From Bacteroidales bacterium (GTDB lineage: Bacteria; Bacteroidota; Bacteroidia; Bacteroidales; WCHB1-69): DNA of 64,000 nt. The DNA is taken from assembly GCA_045132055.1 (NCBI GenBank), contig JBGURP010000055.1, positions 104,372 through 168,371 on the forward strand, written 5' to 3'. Shown in pieces: positions 9,029 to 18,815 of this stretch (position 1 is the first letter of the stretch; every line of letters starts with the position of its first letter). Made by a program: the position numbers and the translations under genes. A model generated the notes under the pieces. It was not told where the DNA came from and made no database searches. It saw only the letters and a list, made by a program, of their open reading frames with translations.

Positions 9029-9799
9029 ATGGTTAAAGTAGCGCTGATTCAGTCCGATATCCGGCCTCATGATGTGGAGGCTAATCTTAATCATTATGAG
9101 CATTTACTGAAAGAGAAAATTCAGGAATCCGTTGATTTAATGGTATTTTCTGAAATGTTCAATTGCGGTTTTTCCATGGATTTTGATAAAAATGCCGAGA
9201 CCATGGAGGGCGAAAGTGTGGCATTCTTGAAAACTATTGCGCATCGTTACCAGTGTGATGTGGTGGCCACGCTTCCTATCCGCGAGGGGGAGAGCATTGT
9301 CAATCGCCTGATTTGGATGTCGCCTGAGCAGATTTTGGGTTGGTATGACAAAAAACATCTTTTTTTAGGATCAGAGCAAAGAATATGCACATCGGGGAAC
9401 AAGCGCACGATTGTGGAAAGTTTAGGCCAGCGTTGGCTGCCGCTTATCTGCTATGATGTCCGCTTTCCCATTTGGAGTCGCAATCATCTGCAAAATAATA
9501 CATTTGAATACGATTGTCTGATTTATACCTGTAACTTTCCTGCGCCCCGCGAGCAGGTGTTACTGAAACTGGCTACGGCGCGCGCTATCGAAAACCAGGC
9601 ATACGTGTTGGTGGTGAACCGCATCGGTTGTGATGGCGAGGGTCACGCGCACGCGGGTGGCACAGCGGTCATCTCGCCCCATGGCGAAATTTTGTGCCAA
9701 GCGGAACCCAATGGAGAGCAGGTGCTGACCTGTGCTTTGGATTTCGAGTCGTTGCAGCAATATCGCGCTTCTTTTCCGGTGGCAAAACAATGGGATTAG
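9029..9799 (+). CDS. Carbon-nitrogen hydrolase (nitrilase superfamily, omega-amidase YafV-like)
   Basis: 256 aa with a CN-hydrolase pattern (VFSEMF, catalytic LICYDVRFP). Confidence 0.8.
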   Translation: MVKVALIQSDIRPHDVEANLNHYEHLLKEKIQESVDLMVFSEMFNCGFSMDFDKNAETMEGESVAFLKTIAHRYQCDVVATLPIREGESIVNRLIWMSPEQILGWYDKKHLFLGSEQRICTSGNKRTIVESLGQRWLPLICYDVRFPIWSRNHLQNNTFEYDCLIYTCNFPAPREQVLLKLATARAIENQAYVLVVNRIGCDGEGHAHAGGTAVISPHGEILCQAEPNGEQVLTCALDFESLQQYRASFPVAKQWD

Positions 9800-9960
9800 A
9801 AGGGAGAAGAGGAGGAAAAGAGGAGAGGAGGAAGAAAAAATCCCCTTCTATTATAGAAGGGGTGGCCGTAGGCCGGGGTAGTAATATTGATTCTTATGCA
9901 TTGATTTTCAAGATATTACAAAAAATATTTTTTTATATGCTGTTTGAATCAAAAAAATTG

Positions 9961-9968
9961 TATTTTTG
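9961..9968 (+). promoter_or_regulatory. -7 promoter box (TATTTTTG) for tRNA-Phe
   Basis: TAnnTTTG match followed by GCAGCCTCAAAA, parallel to the tRNA-Thr promoter. Confidence 0.55.
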
Positions 9969-9986
9969 CAGCCTCAAAACTGAGAT

Positions 9987-10059
<73 letters not shown>

Positions 10060-10063
10060 CAGA

Positions 10064-10088
10064 GCCTCGAATTTTTCGGGGCTTTTTT
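10064..10088 (+). terminator. Intrinsic terminator after tRNA-Phe
   Basis: GCCTCGAA/TTCGGGGC hairpin followed by TTTTTT. Confidence 0.65.
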
Positions 10089-10112
10089 GTTTTCACAGCC
10101 TTCCATTTTTTG

Positions 10113-10120
10113 TATATTTG
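10113..10120 (+). promoter_or_regulatory. -7 promoter box (TATATTTG) for pepT
   Basis: TAnnTTTG match 38 nt upstream of the ATG at 10159. Confidence 0.5.
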
Positions 10121-10158
10121 CCCCCGCTTTATTTCATCACACATTAAATTCGCACACT

Positions 10159-11370
10159 ATGAAAGAAGAACTGTTGAAACGATTTTCCAAGTATATCTCT
10201 TACGCCACTACTTCTGATGAGACATCCGAAAAATATCCCAGCACGCAGGCGCTGCTGGACTTTGCCGACGTGATGGTGGAGGAACTGAAATCCATCGGCA
10301 TGACGGAGGTGGCCAAAGACCAATATGGTTATGTATCTGCCCTGCTGCCGGGCAACACGGGTGGCAACGAGCCTACCATCGGGTTCATCGCGCACATGGA
10401 CACGGCGCCCGACATGCCGGGCATCGCCGAGCCGCGCATCATCGAAAACTATGATGGTAAGGACATCATGCTGGATGCAGAAACCAACACGGCCCTCACC
10501 TTGGCCGACTTTCCGGAATTGGCCGGCTACAAAGGACAAACCCTGCTTACCACGGACGGCAAAACATTGTTGGGTGCCGACGACAAAGCCGGCATGGCCG
10601 AGATTGTCTGCGCCATGGAATACCTCATCCAACATCCTGAAATCAAACATGGTCCAATCAAGGTAGCTTTCACGCCCGACGAGGAGATTGGCCAAGGGGT
10701 CAAGTACTTTGATGTGGAGAAGTTCGGTTGCGACTATGCCTACACTATGGACGGCGGGGCCATTGGCGAGCTGGAGTATGAGAACTTTAATGCCGCTTCA
10801 GCAGTCATCAAGATTCAAGGGCGCAATATCCATCCAGGTTACGCCAAGAACAAAATGGTGAATTCCCAGCTCATCGCCATGGAGTTCAACAGTATGTTGC
10901 CGGAGTTCGAACGTCCACAATACACGCAGGATTACGAAGGATTCTTCCTGCTCATTCACATGGAGGGCAGCGTGGAGAACAGCCAGCTCAATTACATCAT
11001 CCGCGACCACGACAAAGAGAAGTTCGAAGCCAAAAAGAAACAAATTCAGCAGATTACAGATTATCTGAACGTAAAATACCACAACCGCCTGACGTGCGAA
11101 ATCAAGGATCAGTACTACAACATGCGCGAGAAGGTGGAACCAGTGTTTTACGTGGTGGAGCGTGCCATGAAAGCCATGGAGAAGGCGGGCGTGAAACCGG
11201 TGGTGCAACCCATTCGCGGCGGCACCGACGGAGCCAATCTGTCGTTCCGTGGACTGCCCTGTCCCAACATTTTCGCGGGCGGACACAACTTCCACGGCAA
11301 ATACGAATATGTGCCGCTGGAGTCCATGGTGAAAGCCACGGAGGTCATCCTCAACATCGCAATGGTTTAG
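10159..11370 (+). CDS. pepT: Peptidase T (tripeptide aminopeptidase, M20B)
   Basis: 403 aa from MKEELLKRFSKYISY. The HMDTAPD and GADDKAG motifs are typical of PepT. The longer track ORF overlaps tRNA-Phe and is rejected. Confidence 0.9.
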   Translation: MKEELLKRFSKYISYATTSDETSEKYPSTQALLDFADVMVEELKSIGMTEVAKDQYGYVSALLPGNTGGNEPTIGFIAHMDTAPDMPGIAEPRIIENYDGKDIMLDAETNTALTLADFPELAGYKGQTLLTTDGKTLLGADDKAGMAEIVCAMEYLIQHPEIKHGPIKVAFTPDEEIGQGVKYFDVEKFGCDYAYTMDGGAIGELEYENFNAASAVIKIQGRNIHPGYAKNKMVNSQLIAMEFNSMLPEFERPQYTQDYEGFFLLIHMEGSVENSQLNYIIRDHDKEKFEAKKKQIQQITDYLNVKYHNRLTCEIKDQYYNMREKVEPVFYVVERAMKAMEKAGVKPVVQPIRGGTDGANLSFRGLPCPNIFAGGHNFHGKYEYVPLESMVKATEVILNIAMV

Positions 11371-11375
11371 CGAAA

Positions 11376-11410
11376 ACAAAAAGGAGACGCAAGAAAGCGT
11401 CTCCTTTTTT
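11376..11410. terminator. Bidirectional intrinsic terminator between pepT and the SPOR gene
   Basis: GGAGACGC/GCGTCTCC stem flanked by an A run and a T run. Confidence 0.7.
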
Positions 11411-11418
11411 ATATCTGA

Positions 11419-11808
11419 TTACTCTTTAAAAAAGATTTTCTCGGGAACGATGTACGCGTTGGGGTAGGTCAGCTGGATGCGTTTCAAATCTTTGTATGCT
11501 TCCAGACGGGTGAGGTAATTGCCCACGCGGATCTTGAAATAAGGTTCGGAATAGGAGAGATAGACACTGATGCCGGGAAAATTGGCTTTGAAGGAGGCGC
11601 GTTCCGCCTCAGCGCGGTTGCGGGAATTGTTGCCGGAATAGGCTGTAATCTGAATGCGGTAGCCATCAATTTTGTCCACTTTCTCCCACGCTTTGATGTA
11701 GTCGGATTGAATCTGCTGCACCGTCGGGTCAATGGAGTAGTGCACCTGTGCAAAAGACACGGCGCAAAACAGAACCAATATTAAGACAAGTCCAATTTTT
11801 TTCATCAT
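11419..11808 (-). CDS. SPOR domain-containing secreted protein
   Basis: Signal peptide plus a C-terminal SPOR-like segment (GYRIQI...YFKIRVGNY...A). Confidence 0.7.
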   Translation of the reverse strand: MMKKIGLVLILVLFCAVSFAQVHYSIDPTVQQIQSDYIKAWEKVDKIDGYRIQITAYSGNNSRNRAEAERASFKANFPGISVYLSYSEPYFKIRVGNYLTRLEAYKDLKRIQLTYPNAYIVPEKIFFKE

Positions 11809-11930
11809 TGTTGAGACAAAAGTATCAAACTATTTTTTTTGCAAAAATAGAAATTTTTAAATAAACACGACTTTTTGTCGTTATCATGTAACATTAGAAA
11901 AAAATCAACGTATAGCAGTAAGATTTTTAA

Positions 11931-11938
11931 TACATTTG
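11931..11938 (+). promoter_or_regulatory. -7 promoter box (TACATTTG) for mreB
   Basis: TAnnTTTG match 25 nt upstream of the ATG at 11964. Confidence 0.5.
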
Positions 11939-11963
11939 CATTTTTAAATTTTTAAAGCAAATT

Positions 11964-12986
11964 ATGGGTTTATTTTCAATATTCACAAAAGAAATCGCTA
12001 TTGACTTAGGCACAGCCAACACCGTTATTTTGCAAAACAACCAGGTGGTGGTGGATGAGCCTTCCATTATTGCAATAGATCAGAAAACCAAGGAAGTCAA
12101 GGCTGTCGGCAAGAAAGCCTTGATGATGCATGGCAAGACGCCGGAAGGCATTCGCACCATCCGTCCGTTGCGCGACGGTGTCATTGCGGACTTCCAGTCC
12201 ACCGAGATGATGTTGCGTGAGTTCATCAAGATGACGAGCAACAAAGGGCATTTTCTGCCGCCGGCATTGAAGATGGTGATTTGTATCCCGTCAGGCATTA
12301 CGGAAGTGGAGGAGCGCGCTGTGCGTGATTCCGCCGAGCAAGCCGGTGCCAAGGATGTGCGTTTGATCCAGGAGCCCATGGCCGCCGCTATTGGTATTGG
12401 TATCGACGTGTTGGCTGCTTGTGGTAACATGATTATCGACATCGGTGGTGGTACGGCTGAAATCGCCGTCATCTCCTTGGGCGGCATCACGACGTTCAAG
12501 TCTGTTAAGGTGGCTGGCGACCGTTTCAACAGCGACATTCAGGAGTACATGCGTAAAAAACACAATATCGCCATCGGCGAACCCACTGCAGAGCAGATCA
12601 AGATCAATGTCGGTTCCGCTGTGGAGGATTTAGAGAACCCGCCTGCGGATTACGAGTTCTATGGCCGTAACCTGCTCACGGGCGTGCCCACCGCCGTGAA
12701 GGTCAACTACCGCGAGGTGGCTCAGGCTATCGACCGTTCCATCGCCCAAATTGAGACAGCCGTTATCAACGCATTGGAGAACACGCCGCCGGAGCTTTCC
12801 GCTGATATTTACAAAACCGGTATCTATCTGGCGGGTGGTGGTTCCCTGTTGCGCGGCCTTGACAAGCGTCTCGCCAAGAAGACGACCTTGGACGTTCACG
12901 TGGCGGAAGACCCGCTGAAAGCCGTGGCGCGCGGAACGGCAATTTCCCTCAAGAACTTCGACAAGTTCCCGTTCCTGATGAAGTAA
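11964..12986 (+). CDS. mreB: Rod shape-determining protein MreB
   Basis: 340 aa with the actin-like ATPase motifs DLGTANT and DIGGGT. Confidence 0.95.
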   Translation: MGLFSIFTKEIAIDLGTANTVILQNNQVVVDEPSIIAIDQKTKEVKAVGKKALMMHGKTPEGIRTIRPLRDGVIADFQSTEMMLREFIKMTSNKGHFLPPALKMVICIPSGITEVEERAVRDSAEQAGAKDVRLIQEPMAAAIGIGIDVLAACGNMIIDIGGGTAEIAVISLGGITTFKSVKVAGDRFNSDIQEYMRKKHNIAIGEPTAEQIKINVGSAVEDLENPPADYEFYGRNLLTGVPTAVKVNYREVAQAIDRSIAQIETAVINALENTPPELSADIYKTGIYLAGGGSLLRGLDKRLAKKTTLDVHVAEDPLKAVARGTAISLKNFDKFPFLMK

Positions 12987-13023
12987 AAAAAAGCGCCCAC
13001 ATCAATGCGGGCGCTTTTTTTTG
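12985..13023. terminator. Bidirectional intrinsic terminator
   Basis: AGCGCCC/GGGCGCT stem flanked by A and T runs, between convergent genes. Confidence 0.7.
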
Positions 13024-13042
13024 GTAAGTATTCAAATACAAT

Positions 13043-13630
13043 TTATATTGTTGCTGCGTCGCGGTGGAACACCAGCGGGAAGTTGATGATGGTGTTCTCA
13101 TCCTCAGCGTTGGCAAACTGCAGATTGATGGTGATGGTGTCGTCGTTGTCATCATAGGTGAATACAATCTGATAGTTGATAGGATCGCCGTTCTCATCGG
13201 TACCCACAGCTGTTAACGTACCCGTATGTGTAAGGCCGTCATAGACGTATGCAAGATCCATATTTTGGATTTCCTCGTTGGTGTAACCGCCAGCTATTTC
13301 AACCACATTGATCAAGGCCATGTTGTCGCTGAATGTAAAATGTGCATAGGTCGGATCGAAGTTGAGATGGAAAACCATCGTGGTGTCGAAACCATCAGGG
13401 AATTGGCAGCCGTAGTCGCTGAGGTTCATGCCAGTCATAGCATATACCAGATCGCCAAAGGAACGGGTTGCGGTCCAATCGGTGTTGATGAGGTCGGCAG
13501 TAACTGTCACTTTAGGAGTGTTTCCGGGATTGTCACCATTTCCTCCATCAAGGACGATGTCTTCTCTGTTACAAGAGGTCAAACAAAGTGCGAAAGCAGC
13601 AATTGCGATAATAAAGATGTTTTTTTTCAT
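13043..13630 (-). CDS. Hypothetical lipoprotein
   Basis: Signal peptide with lipobox LTSC. No recognised domain. Confidence 0.55.
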   Translation of the reverse strand: MKKNIFIIAIAAFALCLTSCNREDIVLDGGNGDNPGNTPKVTVTADLINTDWTATRSFGDLVYAMTGMNLSDYGCQFPDGFDTTMVFHLNFDPTYAHFTFSDNMALINVVEIAGGYTNEEIQNMDLAYVYDGLTHTGTLTAVGTDENGDPINYQIVFTYDDNDDTITINLQFANAEDENTIINFPLVFHRDAATI

Positions 13631-13727
13631 ACTTTTAAGATAATAATTTTGGTTATTGAATGTGTTGATTGTTTCTGCTATAAGAACGCAACAAGAAATC
13701 TAAAAACTACAACAGGGAAAAATTTTT

Positions 13728-14531
13728 TTATTCCCGGTCGAATTGCAACTGGTAGAGAATGTCTCCTTCTTCAGTCCCAAGATCGGAACGGGAGATAATC
13801 ATGGTGTTGTTGGTAATCCAGTTCACGTCCCAACATCCGCTGTTCGGAAGCAGTTCGCAGTTGAGTTTTCCTTCATCCGTGAGGGTCCAAATGGAATTGT
13901 CCGTGGCAACAGTGCCATCCATCGAGTTGAATGTCAGTGTCATGGTTCCATTGTCATAGAAAGTGTAATACATTGAGCCGCCACCATTTTCAGGAGCATA
14001 GTGGTCGCTGTTGATCAAAGCGCCGTTCGGATCTATGTGACTTACCACCGAGCAGCTGAAATGCCAAGTGCCAATAATATTGTTTAAGGTAGTTGCTGGA
14101 GGAGCAGAGGCGTATGCTTTGCCGTTCCACGTTCCATTGTCATAGGTGACAACTACCGTTCGACCTTCTTCCTCCATTTTTTTCATCCAGGCTTTCATCT
14201 CATCACGATTGGTAGTGCTGAATGTTTTGGCGGCTTTAGTGCCCCCTGATTCATTATTCTGGAAGTAGGTGGTTTGATTCATGTTGAAGAATGTAACCTT
14301 GCTGCCACTTTGAACTTGGTTACAAAGCACATCCAGCATGGCGTCCCATTGACCTTCCGTTGCCAAAGTCTGGCGATATTCGTTGTTACCAATTTTGTAA
14401 ACTATGACTCGCTCTTTTGGGTTGTTGTTGACATCATTACCATCAGGATCGTTGTTGTCAGGTCTTTCACATGCTGAGAAGGCAAAAAACAGTACTGCTA
14501 GTAAAGCGGAAAATTTCAGAATCTTTTTCAT
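13728..14531 (-). CDS. Hypothetical lipoprotein
   Basis: Signal peptide with lipobox FSAC. No recognised domain. Confidence 0.55.
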   Translation of the reverse strand: MKKILKFSALLAVLFFAFSACERPDNNDPDGNDVNNNPKERVIVYKIGNNEYRQTLATEGQWDAMLDVLCNQVQSGSKVTFFNMNQTTYFQNNESGGTKAAKTFSTTNRDEMKAWMKKMEEEGRTVVVTYDNGTWNGKAYASAPPATTLNNIIGTWHFSCSVVSHIDPNGALINSDHYAPENGGGSMYYTFYDNGTMTLTFNSMDGTVATDNSIWTLTDEGKLNCELLPNSGCWDVNWITNNTMIISRSDLGTEEGDILYQLQFDRE

Positions 14532-14543
14532 ATAAACCAGTTT

Positions 14544-14951
14544 TTATTTTGCTTGTTTCATATTATTCAGTTGATAATCAAGAAGTGCATCGTATTGCGC
14601 TTCAGTGTCAAGGCGGTAGAAGGCTACCGTTCGTCGTGTGTGGGAGGCCACCACGCGCAAGACAGAAGAACCGGTCCATTTTACACGTTGCTCCGGTTTT
14701 CCGGTGTTGCCTAACCAACTCACGACACCTTCGTCTCCCTTGATATTCAATTCTTTAGTTAGTTTCTGCCATGCGGTTTCGCTGTCAGCCACAACAAGCA
14801 CAACATCCACTCGTTCACTTTCGTTGAGCTTGAAGCCGCTTACTTGTGCGACAGTGAGATCCTGCCGAGAGGCATAGCGCTTATACAAGTCGTTTTGCGC
14901 CATGGCCACTATCGGAAGCATCAGCATCAATATGATTAATAGTCGTTTCAT
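14544..14951 (-). CDS. Secreted hypothetical protein, third gene of the ECF sigma operon
   Basis: Start taken at MKRLLIIL, overlapping the upstream stop as TAATG. Has a signal peptide. Confidence 0.55.
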   Translation of the reverse strand: MKRLLIILMLMLPIVAMAQNDLYKRYASRQDLTVAQVSGFKLNESERVDVVLVVADSETAWQKLTKELNIKGDEGVVSWLGNTGKPEQRVKWTGSSVLRVVASHTRRTVAFYRLDTEAQYDALLDYQLNNMKQAK

Positions 14952-15220
14952 TATTCCAATAACATTTCTGAGGCCAAAGAAGCCCATTCTGCGTCGGTGG
15001 TACCGATACGATTACAATAAACTTTCTCGTAATTCCGAGACGGGTGCAGTTGAGTAGTAATTAGCGACACCGTCAAGGCTACAACAATCAAAATAGCGGC
15101 CACTATGTTGATAGTGCGGCGTTGTTTCTGCCTCCAAACCGGGTATTCCCCAGCTAAGCGTTGGCTATAACCCTCTGCTTCAGCTCGTTGCCATAATTCA
15201 TCAAATTCTTTTTCTGTCAT
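14951..15220 (-). CDS. Putative anti-sigma factor-like single-pass membrane protein
   Basis: 89 aa with one TM helix. Its start overlaps the sigma factor stop by 4 nt (ATGA coupling). Confidence 0.5.
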   Translation of the reverse strand: MTEKEFDELWQRAEAEGYSQRLAGEYPVWRQKQRRTINIVAAILIVVALTVSLITTQLHPSRNYEKVYCNRIGTTDAEWASLASEMLLE

Positions 15221-15684
15221 ATTTCCATTGATTTTCTTAATTTTTCTTTGATTCTGACCAGTCTCACGCTCACATTTTTCTCTGTCATTCCCAATTGTTC
15301 GCCTATCTCTTTGTAGTTATAACCTTCCAGTTGCAACCTTACAATCGATCGGTCTGGTTCATCGAGCAGGTTAATCCTCTCATGCAATTCTCTCAACAAG
15401 CTGCGATCCTCATTGATCACATCATAATCCTCTGGCAAAGATTCAGTCTCTTTCACACGCCGCAGGCAGTCTATTACGGCGTTACGTCCTATTTTCCAAG
15501 ATAATGCAGCCTGCTGCAAAGCGGGTAGGGAAAGTAAACGTTCCCTGTCGCGCCATAAAGCCACAGTGACTTCCTGCAATAGGTCGTCAACTTCCAGTCC
15601 CCGCCGACTGTAATGACGACAGAGAGAAAAAAGCAACCCCCTATGACGGTGGAGCATATCTTCGAAAGGATCCCTTAGTCTCAC
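15217..15684 (-). CDS. ECF-type RNA polymerase sigma-70 family factor
   Basis: 155 aa with sigma-70 region 2 (DDLLQEVTVALW) and a region 4 helix-turn-helix (YKEIGEQLGMTEKNVSVRL). Confidence 0.85.
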   Translation of the reverse strand: MRLRDPFEDMLHRHRGLLFSLCRHYSRRGLEVDDLLQEVTVALWRDRERLLSLPALQQAALSWKIGRNAVIDCLRRVKETESLPEDYDVINEDRSLLRELHERINLLDEPDRSIVRLQLEGYNYKEIGEQLGMTEKNVSVRLVRIKEKLRKSMEI

Positions 15685-15742
15685 ATATATAGAAACGTAA
15701 GATAAAGCAAAAAAACTACAACAGAAAAAAATTTTGCCTTTT

Positions 15743-18724
15743 CTATTCTTTAATGAAATCCGAATATTTCAATTCCACAATCTTGTAGGTCTTGGACAGC
15801 TCTTTGAGATCTATACGGCTCTTGTCGCCGGCAATGGTGATGATTAACGGGCTATTTCCCATTTTCTGCTTGCAGAAGTCGGTAAGATGATCTATCTTCA
15901 CTTCTTCAATCAATTTCAATTGGTGTTCGCGGGGGTCGCTATTGTAGCCCTGCTCTTTCCAGCTCTGCACCTGGCCGGGGATGTTACGCGCACTGATGTA
16001 ATTGGCCTCCGAAGCACGGAGACAGGCTGTCTTGGCCATCTCAAACTTTTCAAGTTTTTCAGGAAAATCTGTCAATAATTCACCCATGGCCTGACAGCCT
16101 TCCACAGTTTTATCGGATTGCGTGCCCAGAAAGCCCATCAAATATCCAGGTCTTCTATTCAGTTTATCGAATTGATAAGCCGCGTAGGCAGAGTATCCCA
16201 AAGAACGCAGCTCCCGGATTTCCTGGAAAATCACGCTGGCCATGCTGCCTCCCATGTATTCATTATATAATTGACAATCCACACGTTCTTTCAGGTCTTT
16301 CAATGGCTCACCCATTTTGTAGAAATAGATGTTGCTTTGCAGGAATTTGTTGTTGGAAGCGATGAAAATGGTGGGTTGCTCATATTGAACTGGCTGACGA
16401 ACCAAAGATTTACCCTTTTCAACAGATTTTTCGACAAAACCCTCCTTAAGGCATTCCATCAGTTTTTCCATACCAGAGTTACCCACATACGTGGCATATT
16501 CGCCATGCCTGAGAGCAGCAGCAAAGGATTTCAACAGCTTGTCTCCGGACAATTTTTTCAGTTCTTTGAGCGATAGTCTGGAGAGATACGGGGAATTTTG
16601 GCCGTAGAGCGCATAGTTATATAAAGCCCGGCCCCACGCGGAGGCGTCATCTTTGGTCATCTTGTCATCACCTTCTCTATCTTCAATGATAGATTGCAGC
16701 ACTTTTTTCTCATTACCGGGATTGAAAATTTTCTCGTGACACAGTTTCATGATGGAAGGCAGGTCTTTTTCAAATCCGGAAATGGAGATGTAAAGACGGT
16801 CATCCGTGGAATACATTTCCATATTACCACCTAATTTCTGCAATTGCAGCTGGAAACGGTCAAATTTGGTATCTTTTGTGCCTTGTCCATCCACGTATTT
16901 CACTGCAGTAGCGAACAATCTGTCGTTCAAATTACCGTAATTGTATGCAATGGTCAGCGTAAAGTAGTCATTATAAGGATTAGGCGAACAATAGAGCATG
17001 AAATCATCGTTGATAGAAATCTCTTTTACATCCGATTTGAAATTGATAATCTGAGGCTTGATAGGATTTACAGGTTTTGACTCTATCATTGTGGCAAATT
17101 CGGAAGCTTTTTCCGTGTTTTGCGCTACAATGGGTTTCCAATTGGGTTTTTGCAATTTGACTTGCTCTTTGCTGCCCATATCAGAACGGTAAATCAAGCA
17201 ATTATCGTTAAAATAAAGATTAGCCAATTTCACAATATCCCCTTTCTGCAGTTTGCGAATCATCCGTTCGCGTTCGTTGATGGTTTTGGGATCCTGCTTG
17301 TTGCCGACAGCCATCAGCACCATGTGGAACTTGTCATCCAACGTCTCCATATTCAGCAGATGCTCTTTCAGGCAGCTCATCTTGACAGCATCAAACAGCT
17401 GGTCACTGAAATGGCCGCTTTTAAGGGAATCGATGGCAGCGAAAATGTAAGATTCGGCATTTTCATGAGATTGGCCCACAATCTTAGGCACATAGAAGAA
17501 TGCGAACATTCCGTGCTCCAGCATTGTGTAATTGAAAGCATTGGCAGAAAGTACCTTTTTGTCCTTCACGAGTTTGTCTAACAGGCCGGTTTCCTCATTG
17601 TTGTTCAGGAAATTGCTTAAAATGTCCAGATAAAACTCATTATAATCATGAGCGCCTATGGTTTGGAATCCGATAATACCCATTTTCACAGGCGTTTCTT
17701 TGACCGTAACCACCTGATGACCTTTGAACGGTTCCACTTTCTGGTTCAGGTCAGTTTTCATGCGCTCTTTGGTGTTAACCAATTTAAGATCGACATTTTC
17801 ACATTCATTATGATAAATACCAATGGTGGTGTTCAGCAAACCTTCGATATCCTTACTTTGGAAATCACCTACCAACACCAATGTCATGTTGTTAGGATGA
17901 TAGTAAGTGTTGAAGAATTCCTGCATAGCGGAAATCTGCGGGTTTTTCAGATGCTGCTGGTAACCGATTACAGGACGGCCATAAGGATGTTTGCCGTAGG
18001 CTTCAGCAACAGCATCTTCAAAAAACACACTGATGGGCTGGTCCTGATACATGTTGTATTCTTCATAAACTGCCTCCAGTTCACTTTGGAACAAACGGAA
18101 AACAGGATGGCGGAAACGCTCAGCATACACATTCAGCCATTTTTCCAGTTGGTTGGAAGGAAATGCGTTGAGGTACACTGTAATATCGTTGGAGGTAAAA
18201 GCGTTGATGCCTTCGCCGCCCATTTTGCTGAGCACCACATCCACTTCGTTGGGAATGGCATACTCCACGGCGCGGTTGCTCAAATCATTGATTTGCTCCA
18301 AGATGATATTTCTATCGTATTCATCTGTAAGGGAATGTAACTTGTCGTATAAATCTGTAATCTGGTCAAGCAGTTCTTTCTCGGTTTTCCAATCCAAGGT
18401 GCCGAGTTGGTCGGTGCCCTTAAACATGAGATGTTCGAGATAATGGGCCATACCCGTATTGTCAGCAGGATCGTTTTTGCCACCCGCGTGCACGCATACA
18501 GCGCCCCAGATTTTAGGTTGAGAATGATCTTCACATAACACCACATTCATACCATTGGGTAAGGTGAGAGAAGTGAAGACATTTTTATTCTTTTCTTCAT
18601 TCTTTTTAAGTTTTATCATCGGGCGTGATTCCACGCTCTTAGCTACGGGAATAGGATGGATATCTTGCGCCCATAAACAAGTTGAAAGGGCAACACAAAT
18701 GAAAGTAAGAAGTACCTTTTTCAT
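15743..18724 (-). CDS. M16 family (insulinase/pitrilysin-like) zinc peptidase, double-length
   Basis: 993 aa with a signal peptide and the inverted zinc motif HYLEH. Confidence 0.85.
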   Translation of the reverse strand: MKKVLLTFICVALSTCLWAQDIHPIPVAKSVESRPMIKLKKNEEKNKNVFTSLTLPNGMNVVLCEDHSQPKIWGAVCVHAGGKNDPADNTGMAHYLEHLMFKGTDQLGTLDWKTEKELLDQITDLYDKLHSLTDEYDRNIILEQINDLSNRAVEYAIPNEVDVVLSKMGGEGINAFTSNDITVYLNAFPSNQLEKWLNVYAERFRHPVFRLFQSELEAVYEEYNMYQDQPISVFFEDAVAEAYGKHPYGRPVIGYQQHLKNPQISAMQEFFNTYYHPNNMTLVLVGDFQSKDIEGLLNTTIGIYHNECENVDLKLVNTKERMKTDLNQKVEPFKGHQVVTVKETPVKMGIIGFQTIGAHDYNEFYLDILSNFLNNNEETGLLDKLVKDKKVLSANAFNYTMLEHGMFAFFYVPKIVGQSHENAESYIFAAIDSLKSGHFSDQLFDAVKMSCLKEHLLNMETLDDKFHMVLMAVGNKQDPKTINERERMIRKLQKGDIVKLANLYFNDNCLIYRSDMGSKEQVKLQKPNWKPIVAQNTEKASEFATMIESKPVNPIKPQIINFKSDVKEISINDDFMLYCSPNPYNDYFTLTIAYNYGNLNDRLFATAVKYVDGQGTKDTKFDRFQLQLQKLGGNMEMYSTDDRLYISISGFEKDLPSIMKLCHEKIFNPGNEKKVLQSIIEDREGDDKMTKDDASAWGRALYNYALYGQNSPYLSRLSLKELKKLSGDKLLKSFAAALRHGEYATYVGNSGMEKLMECLKEGFVEKSVEKGKSLVRQPVQYEQPTIFIASNNKFLQSNIYFYKMGEPLKDLKERVDCQLYNEYMGGSMASVIFQEIRELRSLGYSAYAAYQFDKLNRRPGYLMGFLGTQSDKTVEGCQAMGELLTDFPEKLEKFEMAKTACLRASEANYISARNIPGQVQSWKEQGYNSDPREHQLKLIEEVKIDHLTDFCKQKMGNSPLIITIAGDKSRIDLKELSKTYKIVELKYSDFIKE

Positions 18725-18783
18725 AAAAATGATTTTTAATGAGGGTGCAAAGGTATAAAAAAACCAGAAAAACGCATTTTTTG

Positions 18784-18791
18784 TATCTTTG
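18784..18791 (+). promoter_or_regulatory. -7 promoter box (TATCTTTG) for typA
   Basis: TAnnTTTG match 24 nt upstream of the ATG at 18816. Confidence 0.5.
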
Positions 18792-18815
18792 CGCGTTTTA
18801 ACGAAAAATCATAAC

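Noticed and set aside
9800-9862. A purine-rich run (agaagggagaagaggaggaaaagaggagaggaggaagaaaaaa) followed by the CCCCTTCTA/TAGAAGGGG hairpin
   Set aside because: This is probably just the 3' UTR or terminator region of the nitrilase-family gene. It has no repeat partner in the window and no conserved motif that I recognise.
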